A stretch of 64,000 nt of DNA from an uncultured SAR86 cluster bacterium (GTDB taxonomy: Bacteria > Pseudomonadota > Gammaproteobacteria > Magnimaribacterales > D2472), in assembly GCA_902558095.1 (NCBI GenBank), contig CACECP010000001.1:11353-75352 (forward strand). The letters are read 5' to 3'. This document shows positions 48,722 through 57,081 of the stretch, one piece after another. The stretch's first letter is position 1, and the number at the start of each line of letters is the position of its first letter. The notes under the pieces were generated by a model. The model saw only the letters and a list, made by a program, of their open reading frames with translations, was not told where the DNA came from and did no database searches. The position numbers were made by a program, and so were the translations under genes.

Positions 48722-49027
48722 ATGAAAAGATTATTTTTACTATTAATAACAACGTCTATAATTTCAAGTTGTGGAAATTCAGAATCAGAAAACGATCCAC
48801 AAAAAAATATTTTTGTATCTGAGTGTGCTGCATCTGCTAATAACGTATTTCCTATGGGTGAAAAAGCCGATGAGATGTGTGAGTGTATTTGGAATACAAC
48901 TGTTGAATCGATGAATGAAAAAGAAATTGCTGCAATGAGACGAGATTGGAGTAACCCCTCTGATATGCAGTACTATAGTAGCTTTTTATCAAAAACAATG
49001 ACAAATAGCACTAAGTGTGCACTTTGA
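48722..49027 (+). CDS. Small lipoprotein, function unknown
   Basis: Lipobox IISSCGNSE. Four further Cys, including CECIW. 101 aa. Confidence 0.5.
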   Translation: MKRLFLLLITTSIISSCGNSESENDPQKNIFVSECAASANNVFPMGEKADEMCECIWNTTVESMNEKEIAAMRRDWSNPSDMQYYSSFLSKTMTNSTKCAL

Positions 49028-49043
49028 TTTAAAATAAAATATT

Positions 49044-49349
49044 CTATATATCCATATATTTAGGACCGCATATAATTGCTTTTAATCCCCCTGCTCCTCC
49101 ATCTAACAATGGATCAAGAACATCTAATAGGCCAGTTTCAACTCTCCAGTTAAGATACCTAGATTGATCATCTAATGACACCCAATCCTCTATAAGGTAA
49201 ACAGTATTGGTAGAATCTTCAATGTATGTATCAACAGATATACATCCTTCAAATGATCTGGTATCTGGTAAAGCAACTTTCAAGGTTTCTTTAAGATCAT
49301 CTAACATACCCTCTTTTGCTGGAAAAGATACAATTACTAAATTTTTCAT
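49044..49349 (-). CDS. ABM-domain (antibiotic biosynthesis monooxygenase-like) protein
   Basis: 101 aa. VIVSFPAKEG...TRSFEGCISVDTYIED...VYLIEDWVSLDDQSRYLNWR fits the ferredoxin-like ABM pattern. Confidence 0.6.
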   Translation of the reverse strand: MKNLVIVSFPAKEGMLDDLKETLKVALPDTRSFEGCISVDTYIEDSTNTVYLIEDWVSLDDQSRYLNWRVETGLLDVLDPLLDGGAGGLKAIICGPKYMDI

Positions 49350-49451
49350 TCATACTCCTATTTGTAACTAAATACATTAAGAATAATAAACTTATATTTG
49401 TCATTTATGAAATTTAATGCAGATTTTTATTATTTCATTTACTATAACCTC

Positions 49452-52307
49452 ATGAAAACCAAATTACTTACACTACTTTTTATAATATCTTCATCCACTA
49501 TTCTTCATTCAGATGATTTAATGAATCCAACATCTTATTCTAAAGATTTATATCAAATACCTATTTTAGAAGGAACATATAATGACGATATAACCCATCC
49601 GGATGAGTTTTTAGGATTCGGTATTGGAGAACGAGTTGCTGCACCATGGCAAATAACAAATGCACTCAAGACATGGTCATCTCAATCAGATAGGATTAAA
49701 GTTGTTGAGTATGCAAGAACTCATGAAAATAGACCGCTTCATGCAGTATTTATATCCTCACCTGAAAATATTAATAATTTAGACGAAATTAAAGCTAATT
49801 TGACTGCATTATCAGATGCAAGAACTACTAATGATAGAGAGGCTAGATCAATTATTAATAATTTACCTGCGGTAGCCTGGATGGCCTATTCTATCCATGG
49901 TAATGAAACATCTGGAGCTGATGGGGCTTTAGCAGCTATATACCATCTTATTGCTAGTATTGATGAAGATAATATTAATATGCTCGACAACATGGTTATT
50001 ATTGTTGATCCTTTGATGAATCCTGATGGACGTGCAAGATTTACAAAATCTCTTGAACAATATAGGGGTACTGCGCCAAATTACGATGATCAATCATTGC
50101 TTCATACAGGTGACTGGCCTTATGGAAGAACAAACCATTATTATTTTGATTTAAATAGAGACTGGTTTTATTTAACCCAACCTGAAACTAAAGGAAGAGT
50201 TAAATTAATTAATGAATGGAGGCCACAAATACTCGTAGATGGTCATGAAATGGGTCCACAAGATACATTTATGACTGGTCCGCCTAGAGAGCCTATTAAT
50301 AAAAATATAGATACTGATTTAATTAAATGGGGTAATGTATTTGCCCAAGATCAAGGCAATGCTTTTGATGAAAGAAATTGGCGTTTTTATACTGGTGAAT
50401 GGCATGAAGACCTCTACCCTGGTTATTCTTTTTATGTGCAATTTAGAGGTACTTTGGGAATACTCTATGAACAATCTAGAATGGCTGAAGACGGTGTTAG
50501 AAGACCAGAAGGTACTATTCAATCATATAAAGAATCAGTTCATCATCAATATATTAGTACATTAGTTAACCTTGAAACATTACTTAAAAATTCAAAAGAA
50601 ATGTATAGAGACTATTGGGATGGAAGAAAATACAATATCTCAAAAGATAGTAAATATGCTAATCAAACCTTTGTAGTTTTACCAACAGATAATAATACTA
50701 GGTTAAATACTTTAGCTGAAAAATTAAGAGCTCAAGATATAGAGCTTTTTCAAAATACTAAAGATATTAAAATAGAGAATGTAACTTTACAATCTGGTCA
50801 GCTCGTTACAAATTATACAATTCCTGCTGGAAGTATGATTATTCCAAATAGACAACCAGAGGCTCCACTTATTGCGGCAATATTAGAATTTGATGCTGAT
50901 ATTGATAAGGATGTTTTAGTTGAAGAAAGACAAAAAAGTTTAAAAAGTGGTTCATCAATAATGTACGATACGACAGCTTTTAATTTTACCATGATGTATG
51001 GTTTAGATGCAGTTACAGTTGATGAGCATGTAGATTCAAACCTAGAGTCATGGAAGCCATCAGCAGTTTCTAGTGAAATTACTAAAGATGCTGTTATTTG
51101 GGCTACTAATGGAACAGATGATAATTCAGTAGCTTTTGCTGCTCGATTAATGGAACAAAATGTAGAGGTAAGGATAATTGATAAAGAATCCACCCTATCC
51201 GATCATACATTACCTAGAGGTAGTGTTGCTGTTCTTCAAATGGATAATCCAGATATAACAAATTTACAAAATTTAGTAAAAACAGTATCAGATGAATTAA
51301 ATATATCTGTAGTATCTATTGAGTCAGGATTTGGTCCAAAAGAACTTCCTGATTGGGGTGGTAGACATTTTAGATTGTTAGAAAAACCTCAGATTGCCAT
51401 GTTAAGTCATGAAGGGTTTAATTCATACGATGTTGGAGTAAGTTGGTGGTCGTTGGATCATCATTTAGGAATAAGACATAGCATGATAAATGCATCTTTA
51501 GCTAGTTATGGAGATTTAAGAAGATATAACACTATCATTATACCTAGTGGTCGATCACTAGATAACTACACTACAGATACTCTCTTTGAATGGGTTTCAC
51601 AAGGTGGAACACTAATTGCACATAATAGAAGTACTAGATTTTTAACATCAGAAAATGGGATAGGTAGTGTTAAACAGCTTCAAAATACTTTTGATGAAAG
51701 TGAGAAGTATAATTTTGATTTATTAAGAGAAATATACTCTCAATATGAAAATATTGATAAAGATAAAACAAATAATAATATTTTAGATTTTGAAGTATCT
51801 TATCCATGGGAAGAGTTAGATGGTACTTTGTCTGAAAGTGAGCTTAAATCAAGAGATAAATGGCAATCAATTTTCATGCCATCAGGCTCGGTAGTTGCAG
51901 GAAGAATTGATGATGAGCATTGGTTAACATTCGGTACTCCAAATACTATTCCAGTCCTATATAGCAACCTCCCTATCCTTATGGCAAGAAGTTATGTTGA
52001 TACCCCTGTAAGAATAGGTCAAATGATTCCTAATGATGAAATTGAAGAATCAAGAGTTATAAATTGGTCTAGTTTACCTGCAGGTAATGATCTTAATGTG
52101 AGAATGAGTGGATTGGTCTGGCCTGAGGCTTCCCAAAGAATTGCTAATTCTGCTTATTTAACGAGAGAAAGGATTGGTAACGGCCAAGTGATATTGTTTT
52201 CAGGAGAACCTAATTTTAGAGGTGCAACACTAGGAACTAATAGATTATGGCTAAATGCTATTGTTTATGGGCCTGGTTTAGGTACTAGATCAAAAATAAG
52301 TCCTTAA
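49452..52307 (+). CDS. Secreted M14-family zinc carboxypeptidase-like protein with long C-terminal extension
   Basis: M14 zinc motif SIHGNETSG, then VDPLMNPDGR and VDGHEMG. The signal peptide is best from the ATG at 49452 (MKTKLLTLLFIISSSTILHS). The listed start at 49398 is a TTG. Confidence 0.75.
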   Translation: MKTKLLTLLFIISSSTILHSDDLMNPTSYSKDLYQIPILEGTYNDDITHPDEFLGFGIGERVAAPWQITNALKTWSSQSDRIKVVEYARTHENRPLHAVFISSPENINNLDEIKANLTALSDARTTNDREARSIINNLPAVAWMAYSIHGNETSGADGALAAIYHLIASIDEDNINMLDNMVIIVDPLMNPDGRARFTKSLEQYRGTAPNYDDQSLLHTGDWPYGRTNHYYFDLNRDWFYLTQPETKGRVKLINEWRPQILVDGHEMGPQDTFMTGPPREPINKNIDTDLIKWGNVFAQDQGNAFDERNWRFYTGEWHEDLYPGYSFYVQFRGTLGILYEQSRMAEDGVRRPEGTIQSYKESVHHQYISTLVNLETLLKNSKEMYRDYWDGRKYNISKDSKYANQTFVVLPTDNNTRLNTLAEKLRAQDIELFQNTKDIKIENVTLQSGQLVTNYTIPAGSMIIPNRQPEAPLIAAILEFDADIDKDVLVEERQKSLKSGSSIMYDTTAFNFTMMYGLDAVTVDEHVDSNLESWKPSAVSSEITKDAVIWATNGTDDNSVAFAARLMEQNVEVRIIDKESTLSDHTLPRGSVAVLQMDNPDITNLQNLVKTVSDELNISVVSIESGFGPKELPDWGGRHFRLLEKPQIAMLSHEGFNSYDVGVSWWSLDHHLGIRHSMINASLASYGDLRRYNTIIIPSGRSLDNYTTDTLFEWVSQGGTLIAHNRSTRFLTSENGIGSVKQLQNTFDESEKYNFDLLREIYSQYENIDKDKTNNNILDFEVSYPWEELDGTLSESELKSRDKWQSIFMPSGSVVAGRIDDEHWLTFGTPNTIPVLYSNLPILMARSYVDTPVRIGQMIPNDEIEESRVINWSSLPAGNDLNVRMSGLVWPEASQRIANSAYLTRERIGNGQVILFSGEPNFRGATLGTNRLWLNAIVYGPGLGTRSKISP

Positions 52308-52314
52308 TGAGTAA

Positions 52315-53820
52315 TTAATTATTAACTATAAATTCTCTTATTTCTTTTAAGAATCTATCAAACGAAGGCTGATGGTTATACATCATGTGACCTGCTTCGA
52401 ATTCAGAGAAGACTACTCTACTCATGTCAACAGTGTTGTCATACATAAAGTTTTCAGCTGTGAAGCAAGGTGTTGCTAAATCATATAAACCACATGAAAC
52501 ATAAACTTTAAAATCCTTGTTATAACGTTGAGCTCTTGCAATGTCTGGAACTGTATTTACATAGCCGAAATCATTTCCTTTCCATTCTTGGGGATGTTTC
52601 CAACTAGAATAAACATCATAGTCGCCACTTTGATATAACATTTTCATTTCAACACCAATTTCACTAAACCATGTATGGATAGCAGATACATATGCTGACA
52701 TAAAACCCTCACTAGAGACATCGGTATCAGGATATTGACCGCCTGCCATATAGTCAGAATTTTTATATCTTGAATCTAATCTGCCCACAGAATAACCTTC
52801 GTCTCTTAATAATTCTTTTCTAAAACTAGATGGATCAATTCTCATATCAAAATCTTCCACAAACTTTAAACTTAAGCCTGTAAATTCAGAATATTGTTTC
52901 ATAACAGAGTTCTTTTGATCTTCCGATATTCTTGTTCCTTTTAATAAAGCTGGTCCATAAACCTCTAAACTAAACTTTTTTGAATCTTCATAAAACTCTT
53001 GAAGTGATCTATCAGTTTCAATTTTTCCATGGTAATAAGCTGTTGCTGCATATGAGGGTAAGAATCCATAATGCGGGCTATTGTTGCCAGGATGGAAAAC
53101 TAAATACTGATAATCAGATGCTGGAGCAACCATTAATAAGCCATTTACTTCTATTGGAGTAATAGACCCTGATCTTAATTCTGACACTAACAATGGGCCT
53201 CTAATACCACCATAACTTTCACCTAAAATATATCTTGGTGAGTTCCAGCGTTTATTATCGTTAATCCATCTTCTTATAAACTCAGCAATAATTTTTGGAT
53301 CTTCACTTACACCCCAAAACTCTTCTGGTTCATGACATCCAACAGCCCTACTATATCCAGTACCAATAGGATCTATAAATACTAAATCCGCATCACTTAA
53401 TGGGGATAACTTATTATCAACAATTTTATATGGAGCTGATCCATCATCTGATGCATCACTTGGCACCTTAATAACTTTTGGCCCTAAAACACCCATATGA
53501 AGCCATAATGATGCTGAACCAGGACCACCGTTAAAGCTAAATATTACAGGTCTGTTTTTATCAGATGCAACAATATATTCAGTGTAGAAAAATGATGCCA
53601 TAGGCTCATTTGGATTATCTTTTTCATAAAGAATTTTTTCTTTAAGACTTGCGGTATATTGAAGATTTTTACCATTAAAGTTACCAGAAAAGTTATTTGA
53701 AAAAGATCTTTCTGATGAAGGAACATTCTTAGAACTACAATCTTCAGATATTTCGTCTGAACTTAGAATATTAGTTGATATAAAAATAGTAAATAAAAGT
53801 AAAGTAAATATATATTTCAT
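52315..53820 (-). CDS. Secreted S10-family serine carboxypeptidase
   Basis: Signal peptide. NGGPGSASLWLHMG. Nucleophile motif LGESYGG. C-terminal GHMMYNHQP. Confidence 0.8.
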   Translation of the reverse strand: MKYIFTLLLFTIFISTNILSSDEISEDCSSKNVPSSERSFSNNFSGNFNGKNLQYTASLKEKILYEKDNPNEPMASFFYTEYIVASDKNRPVIFSFNGGPGSASLWLHMGVLGPKVIKVPSDASDDGSAPYKIVDNKLSPLSDADLVFIDPIGTGYSRAVGCHEPEEFWGVSEDPKIIAEFIRRWINDNKRWNSPRYILGESYGGIRGPLLVSELRSGSITPIEVNGLLMVAPASDYQYLVFHPGNNSPHYGFLPSYAATAYYHGKIETDRSLQEFYEDSKKFSLEVYGPALLKGTRISEDQKNSVMKQYSEFTGLSLKFVEDFDMRIDPSSFRKELLRDEGYSVGRLDSRYKNSDYMAGGQYPDTDVSSEGFMSAYVSAIHTWFSEIGVEMKMLYQSGDYDVYSSWKHPQEWKGNDFGYVNTVPDIARAQRYNKDFKVYVSCGLYDLATPCFTAENFMYDNTVDMSRVVFSEFEAGHMMYNHQPSFDRFLKEIREFIVNN

Positions 53821-53856
53821 AATTTTTATTATATATAAAAATATAATTCTGTTAAC

Positions 53857-55257
53857 TTATTCAATATACAAACCAAATCCTTCCTGGAGACCAATAATAT
53901 CATTCATTGTGTTTTTATTTTTTGATTGATAAAACTCTTTAGATTCTTTATTAAACAAAATGAAATTTAATAGGTGAGTATCCTGTTTTGAAATATCTTT
54001 AATACCAATCTCATTACAAAATGCAGAGAATTTAACTCTATTTTCTTTTACACTTACATGGCTAATATCATCATCCTGTTTAAATTTTTCAACTTTTTTT
54101 AATAAACTAGATGTAATTTTTCCAGGAATTTTACCGTACTTACCTAAAACAAGATCTATAAATTCTTTATTTAGAGTTTTATACCTTTTTCCATCAAGTA
54201 CATTCATTAAGGCTTGAGCTCCAACAATCTGTGAAGAAGGTGTTACTAAAGGAACATAGCCAACATCTTCTCTTATTTTAGGAATTTCCTTGATTAAGTC
54301 TTTTAATTTATTTTGTTTTTTTAGATCCAATAATTGTTTTTCCAATATACTCAACATTCCACCAGGAACCTGATTAATTAACATATTAATATCAGTCCCT
54401 CTTAAAGAACCTTCGTACTCTTTGTATTTATGTCTTATTGATTGGAAATATTCAGATATTTCAGAAAGAAGATTAAAGTCAAATGGATTTGTATTATCTT
54501 CGTAAATCATTGATATAAGGCTTTCTGTAGCCGTATGAGCATATAAATTACTAAATGAAGATATAGATGTGTCAAGATTATCAACACCAGCTTCATAAGC
54601 TTTAAAGTTTGTTGCATCAGCTAAGCCTGTTGTTGAGTGTGTATGAAGGTGTATTGGTATATTTATATTTTTTTTAAGTTTTGTTACTAATTCATAACAA
54701 ACCTTGGGTCTCAATAGACCAGCCATATCTTTAATTGCTAGTGATTTTGCTCCAAGGTCTTCTATGTTTTTTGCTAATTTAATCCAATATTTTAAATTGT
54801 GAACAGGACTAGTTGTATAACAAATAGTACCTTGAGAATTTTGACCTTCTTTGTTAACAAATTGTATTGATGGTTTAATATTATTAATATCATTTAACGC
54901 ATCAAATATTCTAAATATTCCAATACCATATTTTGATGCATTTTTTATGAATAACTCTATAACCTCATCATCATATTCTTTATAACCAACAAGATTTTTA
55001 CCCCTTAATAACATTTGTAACTTTGTGTTTTTAAAGTGTTTTTTAAAAACTTTAAGTCTTTCCCAAGGATCTTCATTTAAAAATCTTAGACAACAGTCAT
55101 ATGTTGCCCCACCCCAAACCTCAACCGATGAAAATCCAACCTTATCCATTTTAGATAGAATAGGTTTCATATCTTCTGTTTTCATTCGTGTAGCAATAAG
55201 AGATTGTTGTCCATCTCTTAAAACAACTTCAGTAATATTTGGTTTATTAAGTTCCAT
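53857..55257 (-). CDS. Oxaloacetate decarboxylase alpha / pyruvate carboxylase B-type carboxyltransferase subunit, no biotinyl domain
   Basis: VVLRDGQQSL, VEVWGGATYD, IPIHLHTHSTTGLA. 466 aa. There is no AMKM biotinylation motif anywhere. Confidence 0.8.
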   Translation of the reverse strand: MELNKPNITEVVLRDGQQSLIATRMKTEDMKPILSKMDKVGFSSVEVWGGATYDCCLRFLNEDPWERLKVFKKHFKNTKLQMLLRGKNLVGYKEYDDEVIELFIKNASKYGIGIFRIFDALNDINNIKPSIQFVNKEGQNSQGTICYTTSPVHNLKYWIKLAKNIEDLGAKSLAIKDMAGLLRPKVCYELVTKLKKNINIPIHLHTHSTTGLADATNFKAYEAGVDNLDTSISSFSNLYAHTATESLISMIYEDNTNPFDFNLLSEISEYFQSIRHKYKEYEGSLRGTDINMLINQVPGGMLSILEKQLLDLKKQNKLKDLIKEIPKIREDVGYVPLVTPSSQIVGAQALMNVLDGKRYKTLNKEFIDLVLGKYGKIPGKITSSLLKKVEKFKQDDDISHVSVKENRVKFSAFCNEIGIKDISKQDTHLLNFILFNKESKEFYQSKNKNTMNDIIGLQEGFGLYIE

Positions 55258-55311
55258 TAATTTTGATAAAAAATTATATTTACCTCACATTCTAAAGTAA
55301 TATTTTAAAAT

Positions 55312-55337
55312 AAAAAAACCCGCCATAAGACGGGTTT
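55312..55337 (-). terminator. Rho-independent terminator of the secreted two-gene unit
   Basis: The minus strand reads AAACCCGTC-TTAT-GGCGGGTTT followed by TTTTTTT. It is the only GC-rich hairpin locally, 16 nt after the cupin stop. Confidence 0.75.
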
Positions 55338-55352
55338 ATTTATTAATAATTG

Positions 55353-55760
55353 CTAGTCAATGAAAACAGTATGATCTTTACCAGATTCAGCAACCCTGAT
55401 TACAAGAATATCAGAACATACTTCACCAAGATCTGGGGCATCTGATTCACCACCATGAACCCAGTCAGATTTTTCAAACCAATATTCACCATCTTTATAG
55501 GTTTTCCATTTACCAGTTGATTTAGATTGAGATGTTCCATCTAAAACATAAACTAAAGTACCAGCAGCAGGATGAAAATGTTTTGCAACTGTACCTTGGC
55601 TACATGTTTTTCTTCTTTCAACATGCATATCCATACCATTACCCATATTAAAAATTTCTGATGAAACAAGACCAGGAAATGACTGTTCAGTAGCCTCTTC
55701 ATCTGCATAAATAAATGCTGACAATACAGTTAAAGCAAATATATTTGATATACGTTTCAT
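55353..55760 (-). CDS. Secreted cupin-domain protein
   Basis: Signal peptide MKRISNIFALTVLSAFIYA. Cupin-like metal motif AKHFHPAAGTLVYVLDG and a second motif WVHGG. Confidence 0.65.
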   Translation of the reverse strand: MKRISNIFALTVLSAFIYADEEATEQSFPGLVSSEIFNMGNGMDMHVERRKTCSQGTVAKHFHPAAGTLVYVLDGTSQSKSTGKWKTYKDGEYWFEKSDWVHGGESDAPDLGEVCSDILVIRVAESGKDHTVFID

Positions 55761-55761
55761 A

Positions 55762-56493
55762 TTATTCTCCTGTGTAAAATTTAACTAATGATACTAGTTC
55801 AACATTAACATTCTGTCTAATATCTTTTACATCCATAGAGAAATCTAAGAAAGCGTCAGATGAAAGAACAGCTTTTTGTGATTTAAGAAGTGCGTCTAAT
55901 GACTCATTTCCTACATAAACCATATGAGATGTATATCTGTTTCCAAAAAGCACTCTATTCATCCCAAATGAACCAGATACATTGTCAAGGTTATCTGACA
56001 TCAATTTTTTCCATGAATTAAGATAATGACCTTCATGACCTTCTTCAACTTTGAAGTTGTATTTTGCAAAAACTGTATCAGTAGTCCATTGGTTTGCTGC
56101 TACAACATTTTCAGCAACCCAATTCCAAGATCTATCGGTATCAGTATTATTTTGAAACGATTTGATCATTGCTGCTGACTCCTTACATGAGTTAAAAATA
56201 GCCCTACCTTTTTCCATCTTTTCCGCATTCTCATAAACAACAAGAATAAAATGTGTATTTCCTGATCCCCTTAGTGACCATAAGCTTACACCAACACCTG
56301 ATTCATCTCGCCAATTTTTTGCACATTCAGATTTATCAAATTTATCCAGTATATTCATAAAATTCTGTGGGTCAGTTACTGTTAGATAATTAAATTCCAT
56401 AATTGTGCCATCACTTTCCATTTTTACTTCATCTGCTATTACAGACAAGTTGAAGCTAAAAATTACAAGCATTAAATATAAATATTTTTTCAT
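55762..56493 (-). CDS. Secreted protein of unknown function, possibly two tandem alpha+beta-barrel-like halves
   Basis: I chose the ATG at 56493 (MKKYLYLMLVIFSFNLSVIA). It is preceded by a GGAGAG SD that lies inside the longer listed ORF. It ends 1 nt before the cupin gene. Confidence 0.5.
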   Translation of the reverse strand: MKKYLYLMLVIFSFNLSVIADEVKMESDGTIMEFNYLTVTDPQNFMNILDKFDKSECAKNWRDESGVGVSLWSLRGSGNTHFILVVYENAEKMEKGRAIFNSCKESAAMIKSFQNNTDTDRSWNWVAENVVAANQWTTDTVFAKYNFKVEEGHEGHYLNSWKKLMSDNLDNVSGSFGMNRVLFGNRYTSHMVYVGNESLDALLKSQKAVLSSDAFLDFSMDVKDIRQNVNVELVSLVKFYTGE

Positions 56494-56638
56494 AATTCTC
56501 TCCATATATGAATTTTTATAATACATTATCGAGGTTATTAGTTCTTTAGATTTATGTAAATATTTTAGATATATATATTTGTAAAATTTAAAATAAATGT
56601 ATTATTATTCTCAATAGTTATTAATAAGGGAGATTAAA

Positions 56639-57022
56639 ATGACTGAATATCAAATATTTAACATGATGTATGTAGGATTTATAAGTAATTCTATGTATTT
56701 CGTAGGAATGGTTTTGCTTACTTGGTTAGGCTTTAGAATGGCTAATAATATCTACAATAGCTCAGATGCTAATATGGCTGCAAAGCTCTTTACATCTTTA
56801 TATTGTGTTCTTGTTGCTGCAATGTTGTTTTACACGCAACAAATAGGAGCTGCAATATTGAATACTGCAGTTTCAAATCTTGAAGTAAATGGTTTTCAAG
56901 AATCTTTTGAAAGAATGGGACAATATGTCGATAATCCATTAACAATAGGTGGAACTGTTCAAACTTTATTTGTAGTACTAGTATTATTATTCCAATTAGC
57001 TATTACATGGAGATCTAAATAA
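56639..57022 (+). CDS. Small integral membrane protein, unknown function
   Basis: Strong SD (TAAGGGAG) 8 nt upstream. Three or four predicted TM segments. Followed by a terminator. Confidence 0.5.
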   Translation: MTEYQIFNMMYVGFISNSMYFVGMVLLTWLGFRMANNIYNSSDANMAAKLFTSLYCVLVAAMLFYTQQIGAAILNTAVSNLEVNGFQESFERMGQYVDNPLTIGGTVQTLFVVLVLLFQLAITWRSK

Positions 57023-57052
57023 GAACTTCTATTAGAGTTAAATAATAATATA

Positions 57053-57081
57053 ATGGGGTTTTTAAAAACCCCATTTTTTTT
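57053..57081 (+). terminator. Rho-independent terminator
   Basis: ATGGGGTTTTT / AAAAACCCCAT is a perfect 22-nt palindrome (57053-57074). A further 7-T run (57075-57081) follows. Confidence 0.8.

Noticed and set aside
49398-49451. Upstream TTG/ATG starts for the M14 protein.
   Set aside because: The extension (SFMKFNADFYYFIYYNL) is not signal-peptide-like, whereas the ATG at 49452 gives a textbook signal peptide. This remains uncertain because no clear SD precedes either start.
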